Assembly (NCBI GenBank): GCA_963758295.1
Contig: CAVWUU010000004.1
Location: 32,001-96,000 of the forward strand
From: Candidatus Eremiobacteria bacterium
GTDB lineage: Bacteria; Vulcanimicrobiota; Vulcanimicrobiia; Vulcanimicrobiales; Vulcanimicrobiaceae
Direction: 5' to 3'
DNA: 64,000 nucleotides
How positions within the stretch are numbered: the first letter of the stretch is position 1; each line of letters begins with the position of its first letter. Shown one piece after another: positions 36,218 through 46,250 of this stretch. The translations under genes and the position numbers were made by a program. The notes under the pieces are model-generated. The model saw nothing but the letters and a program-made list of their open reading frames with translations, ran no database searches and was not told where the DNA came from.

Positions 36218-36476
36218 CGCGGAGCATTCCCTTTTCCCCGAGGAGCGTTTCGATTGCGTGAAGCCAGCGCTCGTAGTACGACGCCGAATGGTACGCTTGC
36301 GGACTCATCCGCTCTATCGCATCACGGAATTCGTCCAGCGTGTACGCGCCCTTGGCTAGCAGCGTTCTATTGATGGCGAAGACGCGCGCTTCCCATTCGT
36401 GGTGGAAGGGAGCGCCGTCATCGTTCGTGTCGATCGGCCCGAATCCCGAAGAGCCGCCGAGATCGTGCGGTCGCAT
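36207..36476 (-). CDS. NHase beta N-terminal domain as a separate 89-aa protein
   Basis: HDLGG..GFGP, FHHEWEAR, DEFRDAIERM, YYERWL; SD AAGGAGG 5 nt upstream. Confidence 0.85.
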   Translation of the reverse strand: MRPHDLGGSSGFGPIDTNDDGAPFHHEWEARVFAINRTLLAKGAYTLDEFRDAIERMSPQAYHSASYYERWLHAIETLLGEKGMLRDAV

Positions 36477-36507
36477 TCATGCCTCCTTCGGTTTGCGTTC
36501 GTTCAGC

Positions 36508-38151
36508 CTAAATCGCCGGTTTAGCTTCTTTTACGAACGGCAGTTCGCAGGCGTGACGCGCGTCGAGGAACGCGCGGCCTTTGCCGGCACGTTCCGCCGA
36601 GCGGAACGCGGTCCAAAACGCCTGTGAGCCGGGAAGCTCCCGCGCCGGGTCCGTTACGTAAACCGGCCATTGGGCGCCGGCGTTCATTAGCGGAAAACGC
36701 TGGAGCCATGCGCACAATTCCAGGTTGCGCCGCAGACGGTTGTCCTCGATTGAAATAAAGTACCGCGCCCCTTTGCGAATCGCACTCTCTTCGTCGAACG
36801 GCGTCCAGAGATACGGGTCCTCTTCCCAGCCGTAACGGTTGATGTAGTAGAGCACGTCCGGGCCGTAGTGACCCACCACGACGGTTGCGCCCGGCGCAAG
36901 CACATGATTGAGCGTCGTGGCGCCCTTGTACGTTTGTTTGCTGTACTCGTAATAGGGCCGGATTGCGGCGCGGCCTTGCGCGAACGAGGCGAGTGCCAGC
37001 AGCGGCACCAGCGCCGCGATCGCATAGCGCGCTGCAGGCGCCGCATCGACCGTCAAAACGTAGTCAATGAATCGAGCCATCGCGCCGCCGAGGACCAGCG
37101 CGCACAGCGGCAGCAGCAGATACATGTAGTAGTCAACGCGCTCCACCGTTACGACGGCGTACGTGTACGCCAGGCCGCCGATGAGCCAGCCCCACAGGAC
37201 CGCTTTGCTGCGCGTCTGTACCCATGGCAGTGCGATGAACGCCGCGACGGTAAGGATCGTTGCGAGCGTTCCGAGCATCGTTGCCCGAAGCATGCCGAGG
37301 ACTTCACGGAACTGCGAAAACTTCAGAGCGAATCCGGAACCGCTCGTAAACGCTTCTTTCAACGCCGGAACGACGTGCAGCGACGTGATGCCGCTTGCCC
37401 AATGCCATTCGGCATGCGCGCTTACGCGTTGATCGTAGACGCCGAGAATCAGCAACGGAATGACGAGCAGCACGGCGAGCGCCGTCACGCGCATCGTCCG
37501 GCCCGCGCGTGCGCGTTCCCAAATAACGCCAAGCACCGGAATGATTCCGGCGACGGCGACCGGCTTCGCGAGATACGCAAATGTGAGCAACGCCGTAACG
37601 CGAGCGAGGCCTCGTTGCGTCAGCGCTTCGTCTTCGACGATGAATCTCGTAACCGCGTAGAGCGCCGCGGTGAGAAAGAAAACCATCGTCGTGTCCGGCG
37701 TGAAGGTACGGCCGTAGTAAACCGAACCGGGAAACGTCGCGAAGAAGAAGGCGGCGATAAGGCCCGCGGTCGCGCTGAAGAAAAGCCAGCGCGCGAATAA
37801 TCCGATGATGACCACCGTCCCGACCGAGAAGACAAGGGAGATCAGCCGGCCGAAGATTTCGTGAACGCCGAAAATCTTGTAGAGCGTAGCCGCGAGAAAC
37901 GGAACGATCTGCAGTTCGAGCTCGACGTAGTTCGGCGGTGGACCGTTATAGTTCGTTTGCGGATAGAGAATGTTGTATTGCAGCGTCGCAAAATTTCTCG
38001 CGATGCTTGCCGTATCGCCCTGGCGCCACGCCGGATGATCCAGAATCGGATCGTGGATGCCTTTGAGCCGGAGGACGATCGCCAGCAGGGCGATCAGCAC
38101 CATGCCGATCGCCCACCAGCGGCCGCCTAGCCGGCGTGTTTGAACGTCCAA
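36508..38151 (-). CDS. ArnT/PMT-family (GT-C) membrane glycosyltransferase
   Basis: WRQGDTASIARNF, ELELQIVP, GRLISL, YGRTFTPD, multiple TM helices. Confidence 0.82.
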   Translation of the reverse strand: MDVQTRRLGGRWWAIGMVLIALLAIVLRLKGIHDPILDHPAWRQGDTASIARNFATLQYNILYPQTNYNGPPPNYVELELQIVPFLAATLYKIFGVHEIFGRLISLVFSVGTVVIIGLFARWLFFSATAGLIAAFFFATFPGSVYYGRTFTPDTTMVFFLTAALYAVTRFIVEDEALTQRGLARVTALLTFAYLAKPVAVAGIIPVLGVIWERARAGRTMRVTALAVLLVIPLLILGVYDQRVSAHAEWHWASGITSLHVVPALKEAFTSGSGFALKFSQFREVLGMLRATMLGTLATILTVAAFIALPWVQTRSKAVLWGWLIGGLAYTYAVVTVERVDYYMYLLLPLCALVLGGAMARFIDYVLTVDAAPAARYAIAALVPLLALASFAQGRAAIRPYYEYSKQTYKGATTLNHVLAPGATVVVGHYGPDVLYYINRYGWEEDPYLWTPFDEESAIRKGARYFISIEDNRLRRNLELCAWLQRFPLMNAGAQWPVYVTDPARELPGSQAFWTAFRSAERAGKGRAFLDARHACELPFVKEAKPAI

Positions 38152-38552
38152 TATTTGTTAATGAAGAAGTTGACGAAAATACCGGCTACGGTGGCGACAA
38201 ACCACGTCTTATGACCGTGACCGAGGTACGGTGCCACAAGGGCGGAGACCATCAGGCCTACGATCAAAGCGATTATCGAGACGGTAAGGAATTGCGCGCC
38301 TTCCCGGAAGGCGTGACCCGTAGAGCGGAATGTCCAAACGCGGTTCAGCCAATAATTCGACACGCCGCCCGCGAGAAAAGCAATCGAATATAAAGCGTAA
38401 TACGGACCGGGTTCGGCGTGATTCGGAACGACGCGCTGGAGAAGCGTGAAGACCAAAAAATTGACGATGAAACCGGAGAAGCCGACGACGCCGAACTTGA
38501 AGAATTGCCGCACTCCGCGGCGCGAGGCGAACGTGGAGATGCTGTTATGCAA
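38127..38552 (-). CDS. GtrA-family flippase-like protein
   Basis: QFFKFGVVG, NYWLNRVWTF, NFFINKYWTF. Confidence 0.9.
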   Translation of the reverse strand: MHNSISTFASRRGVRQFFKFGVVGFSGFIVNFLVFTLLQRVVPNHAEPGPYYALYSIAFLAGGVSNYWLNRVWTFRSTGHAFREGAQFLTVSIIALIVGLMVSALVAPYLGHGHKTWFVATVAGIFVNFFINKYWTFKHAG

Positions 38553-40065
38553 CCCAATACCAATCTGCGAAGAGGACGGTGAAAAGCCCGAGCAGCGGCA
38601 GGGAGAACGCGAGGATGAGATTGTTCACCGACGAGCGTTCGCCCCAGCGCGCGAGAATGCCATACATCGGGAAGAGCACAAGCGCAAAGCGCGGCATGCT
38701 CATCAAGCTCGACGTGGACATCGGCACGAGAATCGAGAGCGCCATATAAGCGATGTATGACGGACGCAGTTGACGCCAACCGCCAATAAGCACGCCGATC
38801 ATTAGGAAGGTGAAAGCGATTTCGAGCGACTGATTCGCAACCGTTTGATCTTGCGTGGCGTGCGCGATCTTGCTGAAGGCGTTGATCAGGCTAACCCACG
38901 GCGGCGCAAAGTGGCGGTTCCAGTGGATCTGCACGTGCGAGAAGTAGAGCGGGTCGGCGCGCAGCACCCAGAGATACGCCATGTAGATCGCGAGCCCGGC
39001 CGGGATAAATGCGGCCGGAATCAAGTTCGGAAGGCCTTCTTTGAGCGAGTTCTTGTTCTGCGCGAACCACTCTATGAGGAACGGGACCACCAGCAAGATG
39101 CCTTCGACGCGCGTCATGGCGGCGAAGAAGCCGATGATCCCGGCAAGCCACCACCGGTGCGAGCGCATGTAGTAAAACGACCCGACGGTCAGCATGAAGA
39201 AGAGCGACTCGGTATAAACTGCCGAGAAGAATACTGCCGAGGGGAAAATCGAAACATAGAAGATCGCGCGGCGGGCGGTGCTGCGGTCGTATTCGTGCTC
39301 CAGCAGCTTGTACAAAAATAAGAGCCCGAAGAAAAACGACGCGTTCGAGATCAACAGGCCGGCGATCAGGTGATTGCCCGAAAGATTTCCCAACACGCGG
39401 ATGAGGAACGGATATAGCGGAAAGAACGCCATGTCGGTTCCCTGATAGCCTTGCGTTGCAATATCCAGGTAGTGCACCGCGTCCCAGCGACCCCACACGT
39501 TGAGCAGCAAGTTGGTCGATTCTTGAACGTGCGTGCCCGCGCGTTGGCCGATGATGATCGCTGCGAGTTCTGCGATAACGATAACTGCCAGCCGCGTCGC
39601 AACGAAATCCAGCAATACTTCGCGGACGGTTTGGTTGAATCGCGCCGCGATCAGCAATTTCCCGACGCAGAACAGGCCGGCGCAGACGACGAAGAGCCGC
39701 GTGCCGTGACCCCACGAGGGCGAGAGCACGAACGCGAGCCAGAGCAATAAGAACGGCGCCCACGTAATGGCGTCGTACTGCAGCGACCGGGCGAACGTGA
39801 TGCCGGTGCGGCGACAGAAGTAAAGGCTGTACCAACGCCATCCTGCCAGAACCGCGACGAAGCCGATTGCGACGAAAAGCAGCAGCGCGAGTTCCGTGAG
39901 CGACGGCTCGTGGCGCGGAATGATGAACCCAAACCACGCAAAGAATCCGAGCGTAATGCCGGACAACGCAACGGCGGCAAACGCACCCGGACCTGCCGCA
40001 AGCGCGTCGCCAAGGAATGCCATGCGCTGTTGCGCCGGACGTGGAACATTGACTTGCGCGGACAC
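38545..40065 (-). CDS. PIG-V/Mannosyl_trans2-like GT-C glycosyltransferase (start uncertain)
   Basis: RWDAVHYLDIA..GY, AFFPLYP, YTESLF, TR..G, SMPRF. Confidence 0.85.
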   Translation of the reverse strand: MSAQVNVPRPAQQRMAFLGDALAAGPGAFAAVALSGITLGFFAWFGFIIPRHEPSLTELALLLFVAIGFVAVLAGWRWYSLYFCRRTGITFARSLQYDAITWAPFLLLWLAFVLSPSWGHGTRLFVVCAGLFCVGKLLIAARFNQTVREVLLDFVATRLAVIVIAELAAIIIGQRAGTHVQESTNLLLNVWGRWDAVHYLDIATQGYQGTDMAFFPLYPFLIRVLGNLSGNHLIAGLLISNASFFFGLLFLYKLLEHEYDRSTARRAIFYVSIFPSAVFFSAVYTESLFFMLTVGSFYYMRSHRWWLAGIIGFFAAMTRVEGILLVVPFLIEWFAQNKNSLKEGLPNLIPAAFIPAGLAIYMAYLWVLRADPLYFSHVQIHWNRHFAPPWVSLINAFSKIAHATQDQTVANQSLEIAFTFLMIGVLIGGWRQLRPSYIAYMALSILVPMSTSSLMSMPRFALVLFPMYGILARWGERSSVNNLILAFSLPLLGLFTVLFADWYWVA

Positions 40066-40222
40066 GGCGCTTCTTCTTAAACGCAAGTTACCCCACCCCT
40101 TGCAAAACCGAAGAAGGGCTTACGGCAATTGGGGGCCGACGCCAATTGGCGGCCCAGGGTACGCAACGTGCAGCGTTCTTTTCGACAGGATTTGGTCGGT
40201 TAGCAGTGTAGCCAAGGCCACC

Positions 40223-41170
40223 ATGGTCAACTCCCTCGATTTCATCAAAGTAACCGAGACCGCAGCTCTTGCTGCATCCCGCTGGATGGGACGCGGAGAG
40301 CGCGATGCTGCCGATGGCGCAGCAGTGGAGAAGATGCGCGAGGCGCTCGGCGAGATGGAAATCTCGGGTCGTATCGTCATCGGCGAGGGTGAGCGCGACG
40401 AAGCGCCCATGCTCTATATCGGTGAGGAACTTGGCCGCGGGGGCGTGGAGATCGATATCGCGGTCGACCCGGTCGAAGGCACCAATCTGGTCGCCAATGG
40501 TCTGCCCAACTCGATCGCGGTCATGGCCATCGCGGAACGCGGCGGATTGCTGCACGCGCCGGACTCTTATATGAAGAAGCTTGCCGTCGGGCCGAAGGCC
40601 GCGCCTTTCGTGCACATCGACGCTCCGGTCCGCGAAAACATCGAGGCGGTCGCCAACGCGCTCGAAAAGCCGATCAACGACATCTGCGTCGTCATCCTGG
40701 ACCGGCCGCGTCATGCCAATCTCATCGAAGACGTCCGGGCCGCCGGGGCACGGATCAAGCTCATTTCCGACGGCGACGTGGACGCTTGCATCGCTACCTC
40801 GATCGAGTCTACCGGAATCCATATCGCAATGGGAACCGGGGGAGCGCCCGAAGGCGTGCTCGCGGCGGCAGCCATCAAATGCTTGGGCGGCAACTTCATG
40901 GGCCGGCTCGAGCCGCGAAATCCGCAAGAAGCCGAACGGGCGGTCGCTATGGGATTTGGAAAACTCGACCGCGTGCTGGAAATCGACGACCTCGTGAAGA
41001 GCGACCATGTGATCTTCTGCGCCACGGGCATTACGGACGGAGACCTGATGCGCGGAGTGCGGTTCTTTGGAAACCACGCGCGGACGCATTCGATCCTCGT
41101 CCACGCGAATGGAACCGTCCGCTTCATCGAGTCGGTCCACCGGCTCGGAGCGCGCCCGGCCGGTCGCTGA
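40223..41170 (+). CDS. glpX: Class II fructose-1,6-bisphosphatase
   Basis: [41 protein letters not shown]. Confidence 0.95.
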   Translation: MVNSLDFIKVTETAALAASRWMGRGERDAADGAAVEKMREALGEMEISGRIVIGEGERDEAPMLYIGEELGRGGVEIDIAVDPVEGTNLVANGLPNSIAVMAIAERGGLLHAPDSYMKKLAVGPKAAPFVHIDAPVRENIEAVANALEKPINDICVVILDRPRHANLIEDVRAAGARIKLISDGDVDACIATSIESTGIHIAMGTGGAPEGVLAAAAIKCLGGNFMGRLEPRNPQEAERAVAMGFGKLDRVLEIDDLVKSDHVIFCATGITDGDLMRGVRFFGNHARTHSILVHANGTVRFIESVHRLGARPAGR

Positions 41171-41207
41171 CAACTTTCGGCGCCTCACGGCGTTGTAAGG
41201 ACTGGTT

Positions 41208-42641
41208 ATGAAGAAAGAACGGTTCGATCTCGTCGTCATCGGCGCGGGCTCCGGCGGCTACGCGGCCGCCCGCACCGCACGGGATCTCGGCGCCACGGTT
41301 GCGCTTATCGATGAAGGACCACTTGGCGGCCTATGCATTCTGCGCGGCTGCATGCCCAGCAAAGCTTTATTGGCATCAAGCGATGCAGCGCACGATGCGC
41401 GCGAAGCTTCCGCGCTCGGAGTAAACGTCTCCGGAGTTTCCGTCGACATGGCGTTCATTGCCGCGCGTAAGCGCCGGCTCGTGAATGAGTTCGCGGACTA
41501 CCGGGTCGAGGGGATCGAAACGTTTCCGCTCTTCATGGGGCGCGCCAAATTCCTTTCGCCGCACGAAGTGCAAGTCGGTGAAGACACCGTCGTCGAAGCG
41601 TCGAAATTCATCATCGCAACGGGCAGTTCGGTGTCGCCTGCGGTCCTGCCGGGATTGAGCGAAGCCGGGTTCATCGACAGCGACTCGGCTCTCGAACTCG
41701 AAAGCGTCCCGGAGTCGGTCATCGTGCTCGGCGGCGGATATACCGCTTGCGAACTCGGACAATTTCTTGCACGGATGGGCTCGCGCGTGACGATGCTGAT
41801 TCGCAGCGGGCATTTGCTCACCGAACAGGACGACGACATCGGCGATACGCTGACGCAAGCCTACCGAGAAGAAGGCATCGACGTCATTACGGGAACGTCG
41901 CTGCTTCGTATCGAGGTCCGTGACGGGAAAAAGGTCGTCGTTGCAAAGGTCGCGGACGTGGAGCGCGAGTTCATTGCCCATGAAATTTTCTACGCGCTCG
42001 GCCGGACGCCGAACGTCGGCAGCATGGGGCTGGAAGAAGCCGGCGTCGCGCATCATTCGATTACCGGCATCGACGTCGATCTTACGCTGCGCACGAGCAA
42101 TGAAAACATCTTCGCGGTCGGAGACGTGACGGGCGATTTCCCACTCGTTCACGTTGCGATCTATCAAGGTGAAATTGCCGGACGCAATGCGATTACCGGT
42201 TCGAACGAAGAAGCCGACTACCGGATCGTTACTGCACATACCATTTTCAGCGATCCGCAAGTTGCCGTGGTCGGAGCAACCGAAAAGCGCCTGCAACGCG
42301 AAGGCAGGCCATACGTAGTGGGCAAGTACGAGTTTGCGGAACACGGCAAAGCCATGTGTTTGAACAAGACCGTAGGTTTCGTGAAGATGCTGGCCCATCC
42401 CGAGAGCGGCGAAATTCTCGGCGCATCAATCGTAGGCCCGCAAGCCTCCGAGTTGATCCACGAAGTGATCGTGGCGATGAACTTCCATTCAACAGTCGAG
42501 CAGTTCATGCGTATCCCGCATCTCCATCCAACGCTTGCGGAAATTTGGACGTATCCGGCCGAAGAGTGCGCGGCTCAGCTTGGTTTGAAGGCGCCGGTCG
42601 ATCAGCAAATCGAAGTGGCAACGAGTGGAACCGCCGGTTAA
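41208..42641 (+). CDS. Pyridine nucleotide-disulfide oxidoreductase (dihydrolipoamide dehydrogenase/MerA-like)
   Basis: GAGSGG, GGLCILRGCMPSK redox disulfide, GD motif, HPTLAE; no C-terminal Cys pair. Confidence 0.88.
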   Translation: MKKERFDLVVIGAGSGGYAAARTARDLGATVALIDEGPLGGLCILRGCMPSKALLASSDAAHDAREASALGVNVSGVSVDMAFIAARKRRLVNEFADYRVEGIETFPLFMGRAKFLSPHEVQVGEDTVVEASKFIIATGSSVSPAVLPGLSEAGFIDSDSALELESVPESVIVLGGGYTACELGQFLARMGSRVTMLIRSGHLLTEQDDDIGDTLTQAYREEGIDVITGTSLLRIEVRDGKKVVVAKVADVEREFIAHEIFYALGRTPNVGSMGLEEAGVAHHSITGIDVDLTLRTSNENIFAVGDVTGDFPLVHVAIYQGEIAGRNAITGSNEEADYRIVTAHTIFSDPQVAVVGATEKRLQREGRPYVVGKYEFAEHGKAMCLNKTVGFVKMLAHPESGEILGASIVGPQASELIHEVIVAMNFHSTVEQFMRIPHLHPTLAEIWTYPAEECAAQLGLKAPVDQQIEVATSGTAG

Positions 42642-43533
42642 CCTTACGCCGGAGACGTCGCTCGTCGACGTCGCAATCGTGCAAAACGCCCCGCGCAAGG
42701 GACGGTATGCCGAAAACCTCGAGCGTTTGACGGAAGCCTTTTCGCAATTGCGCGAGCGGCCGCCGTCGCTAGTGGCCTTGCCCGAGGCGACCACAACGGG
42801 CTATTTTCTAGAGGGCGCCGTCTACGATTTGGCGCTCCCCGCCCAACGCTTTGCCGCCGATCTCACGGCTGCATGGCGCAAGGCTTGTGGTGATGCACCC
42901 GTCGATCTTACGGCCGGGTTCTTCGAAAACAGCGAAGGCACGTATTACAACAGCTCGGTCTACCTGCACGTCGACGGCAAGAACCACCGCATTTTGCACG
43001 TGCACCGGAAGATGTTCTTGCCGACGTACGGCGTCTTCGACGAAGAACGGTTCCTCTCGCGCGGCCGGCGCTTGCAGACCTTCGATACGCGTTTCGGCAA
43101 AGCGGCGATGCTGATTTGCGAAGACATTTGGCATGCCATCATGCCGACGATTGCCGCGATTAAAGGCGCGCGCATCGTGATCGTCCCAAGCGCGTCGCCG
43201 GGACGCGGCATCGAAGGCGAAACCGAACTCACGTCCGTCGCGCGTTGGCGCGAAATTCTTCGCGCGACCGCTGCGGAACACGGAATCTACATCGTTTATG
43301 CCGGCCTCAGTGGATTCGAAGGCGGAAAAGGGATGACGGGATCATCGTGCGTCATCGACCCACGGGGCGATGTGCTGGTGCAGGCGGCGGCACTGGGCGA
43401 GTGTATTCTGCGCGCCACGCTCGACCTGCGAGAAATCGATTTGGCGCGCGCGGGCATCCCGCTGCTCGGCGATTTGGAAGCCGTTCTACCCGATTTGCTC
43501 TCCGACGAGGAGCTTTATGTTCCCCGTTCTTGA
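42625..43533 (+). CDS. Carbon-nitrogen hydrolase (glutaminase partner of NadE)
   Basis: LPE, HRKMFLPTYGVFDEERF, ICEDIW catalytic triad. Confidence 0.88.
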   Translation: MEPPVNLTPETSLVDVAIVQNAPRKGRYAENLERLTEAFSQLRERPPSLVALPEATTTGYFLEGAVYDLALPAQRFAADLTAAWRKACGDAPVDLTAGFFENSEGTYYNSSVYLHVDGKNHRILHVHRKMFLPTYGVFDEERFLSRGRRLQTFDTRFGKAAMLICEDIWHAIMPTIAAIKGARIVIVPSASPGRGIEGETELTSVARWREILRATAAEHGIYIVYAGLSGFEGGKGMTGSSCVIDPRGDVLVQAAALGECILRATLDLREIDLARAGIPLLGDLEAVLPDLLSDEELYVPRS

Positions 43534-44365
43534 AGCGCCGCGCGAGCGTGTCGAGCTACCCGGCATCAATCCGGCCGTAACCGCGGAGTGGCTCGAAGCG
43601 TTTCTTCGTGAAGAATTGATCGTGCGAAGAAACATGCGCCGCGTGGTGATCGGTCTCTCAGGCGGCGTGGATTCCGCCGTTACGACCTACCTTTGCGCGC
43701 GCGCATTGGGCGCCGAAAACGTTCACACGTTTCGCATGCCGTATAAGACTTCAAGTGCGGCGAGTCTCGAAGACGCGCAGGTCGTCGTAGATGCCCTTAG
43801 CGTGCATTGCCGCACGATCGACATAAGCGGTGCAGTCGACGGCTATCTGCAGCACGAGCCCGATGCCGATGCGCGCCGCCGCGGAAATGTGATGGCCCGC
43901 ACGCGAATGCTGGTGCTTTTCGACCAATCGGCAAAGCTCAACGGGTTGCCGGTCGGTACCGGGAATAAAACCGAACGCCTCCTGGGATATTTCACCTGGC
44001 ACGCGGACGACACGCCGCCGGTTAACCCGCTCGGCGATTTGTTCAAGACGCAAGTGTGGGAACTGGCGCGCTACCTCGGCGTGCCGCCGAAGCTCGTCGA
44101 TAAAGCGCCAAGTGCCGATCTGGAAGCCGATCAGACCGACGAAGGCGACTTGGGCATCACGTACGCGCGCGCCGACGCGATTTTGGCGCAGCTGCTGCTG
44201 GGATACTCCGACGAACAACTGATTGCCCGAGGCTTTGATCCCGGCGATGTGGCGCTCGTGCGCCGGCGCGTTGATTCGACGCATTGGAAGCGGCATTTGC
44301 CGACGACGGCGATGCTCACCAACACCGCGATCAACGAATTCTATTTGCGTCCCGTGGATTTCTGA
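43517..44365 (+). CDS. nadE: NAD+ synthetase (synthetase domain)
   Basis: GLSGGVDS, GNVMARTRM, GTGNKTE, KTQV, PSADL..QTDE. Confidence 0.94.
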   Translation: MFPVLEAPRERVELPGINPAVTAEWLEAFLREELIVRRNMRRVVIGLSGGVDSAVTTYLCARALGAENVHTFRMPYKTSSAASLEDAQVVVDALSVHCRTIDISGAVDGYLQHEPDADARRRGNVMARTRMLVLFDQSAKLNGLPVGTGNKTERLLGYFTWHADDTPPVNPLGDLFKTQVWELARYLGVPPKLVDKAPSADLEADQTDEGDLGITYARADAILAQLLLGYSDEQLIARGFDPGDVALVRRRVDSTHWKRHLPTTAMLTNTAINEFYLRPVDF

Positions 44366-44949
44366 TGCGGCTGTTCTACCCGGTTAGTCTCAATCTCGCC
44401 GGCCGCCCGTGCGTGGTGATCGGTGAGAAGAACGATCGGGAGGCGATCGAAAAAACGGCGGCACTGCAAGAAGCCGGCGCCAACGTGCGATGGATTCAGG
44501 ACGTCGCCTCGCTCAACGACGGCGATGTGGTGGACGCGTTCTTCGTGATCTCTACCCCGCAAGACACTGCGCTTTCCGCGCGTTTGCGCAAACTGGCCGA
44601 CGAGCACCGTTTTCTGCTGTGTTGCATCGATCAGCCGAAATACGGATTCGTCGCCATGGCGGCGATCGCAAAAGCGGGGCCCGTGCGCATCGCCATTTCG
44701 ACGGCGGGCTTGGCGCCGCGTGTAGGCAAAGTGTTGAAAGAAGCCTTGCAGGGCGCGATGGATTCGCGCTTTACGCGGTTCATCGAACGACTCGCGAGCG
44801 ATCGTGAACGCGTGCAGCAAAAGCATCCGAGTCCCGAGGAGTCGCCGATCCGGCGCCGTGCGATGCTCGAATTGGCGAAGGGCTTCACCGCCGATGTGCG
44901 CTTTGAATATCCGGCTTGGCTTGCGGAAGAAGACCGTGCCGAGCCTTAA
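44365..44949 (+). CDS. Precorrin-2 dehydrogenase/ferrochelatase (SirC/CysG N-terminal-like)
   Basis: YPVSLNL.GR.CVVIG, IAISTAG.AP. Confidence 0.8.
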   Translation: MRLFYPVSLNLAGRPCVVIGEKNDREAIEKTAALQEAGANVRWIQDVASLNDGDVVDAFFVISTPQDTALSARLRKLADEHRFLLCCIDQPKYGFVAMAAIAKAGPVRIAISTAGLAPRVGKVLKEALQGAMDSRFTRFIERLASDRERVQQKHPSPEESPIRRRAMLELAKGFTADVRFEYPAWLAEEDRAEP

Positions 44950-46182
44950 CGTCGCGTTGCTCGCTGTGGGAACGGAGCTGCTGCTTGGGCAGTTGGCCGA
45001 TACGAATTCATCGTTCGTCGCGGCGCATTTGGCGCAAAACGGCATCGACGTATTTGGGATGGCAGCCGTCGGCGACAATTTGAAGCGAATCTCCGGTGGC
45101 ATGGCGGCGGCGCTGGAACGAGCCGACGGCGTCATTACGACCGGCGGCCTCGGACCCACGGTTGACGACCTTACGAAGGAAGCCGTTTGCGACTTGTTCG
45201 GTGTAGATACGGAACTGCATCGACCGTCGTACGATGCGATGGAACGATTCTTCGCGCAGCTCGGGCGCACGATGCGCGAGAACAACCGCAAACAAGCCGA
45301 AGTACCTTGCGGCAGTCATGTTTTGGAGAACGACGTCGGGACGGCACCGGGGTTTGTTGCGTTTCGGAGCGACGGCAAATTCGTCGCCTGCATGCCGGGC
45401 GTCCCCGTGAAATGCGCCCGATGCTCACCGAACGTCTGATTCCGTTTTTGAGAGACCGTTATCATCTCGAAGATCGGATCGTGACGCGCGTTCTTCACAC
45501 CGTGAATATTGCGGAATCCGAAATCGATCACCGCATTCAAGATTTATTCCGTACCTCGGAGAATCCGAAGATCGCCGTTCTGGCGCACGAGGGGTTGTGC
45601 GACGTGAAGATCATGGCGAAGGCGCGCTCGTCGCATGACGCGGACCCGCTAATTGCGCCTTTGCAGGCGGAAATCGAGGAGCGCTTGCAAGGGCATATCT
45701 TCGGCACGGACGCAGCGTCACTCGAGAGCGCGATTCACAAGCTCTTACAAAATCGCGGAGCTACGATCGGGCTTGCGGAATCGTGTACGGGCGGCCGCCT
45801 CGCTGCGGCATTAACTGCGACACCGGGATCGTCGAAAAGCTTTCTCGGCGCGATCGTCGCGTATGACAACCGCGTGAAGATCGAATCGCTCGGCGTGAGC
45901 GAAGCGACCCTCGCACGCTTCGGAGCCGTAAGTGAAGAGACTGCACTCGAGATGGCGCGGGGCGCGCGTCGCGTGCTCGGAACGACGTGGGCAGTTGCAA
46001 CGACCGGGATCGCCGGGCCGGACGGCGGCTCCGAAGAGAAGCCCGTTGGTCTGGTATGGTTTGCTTTAGACGACGGAGCGCAGGTCATTACGAAAAAATT
46101 CATCTTTCCGGGAGATCGTGGTGCGGTGCAGCGCCGCGCGACGACGGCGGCTCTTGGGTTGATGTGGAAAACGTTGAGCTGA
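44936..46182 (+). CDS. cinA: CinA/PncC (NMN deamidase) protein (frameshift about 45410)
   Basis: VGTELLLG..DTN, TGGLGPT.DDLT, PGVP.EM, AESCTGG, TGIAGPDGGS.EKPVG. Confidence 0.93.
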
Positions 46183-46250
46183 ACGCCTGGAGCGAACGCC
46201 GGGAGGCCGGCCTGCGTTTCCTGGGTACGAATTCCTTTCAGGAGGTCTGA

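Noticed and set aside
36868..37800. Long opposite-strand ORFs (also 40088-41239, 41376-42398, 58980-60041, 62824-63678)
   Set aside because: Shadow ORFs of high-GC codon bias lying opposite well-supported genes, with no motifs
41208..42641. Mercuric reductase merA
   Set aside because: No C-terminal Cys-Cys pair, no N-terminal HMA domain and no mer genes nearby
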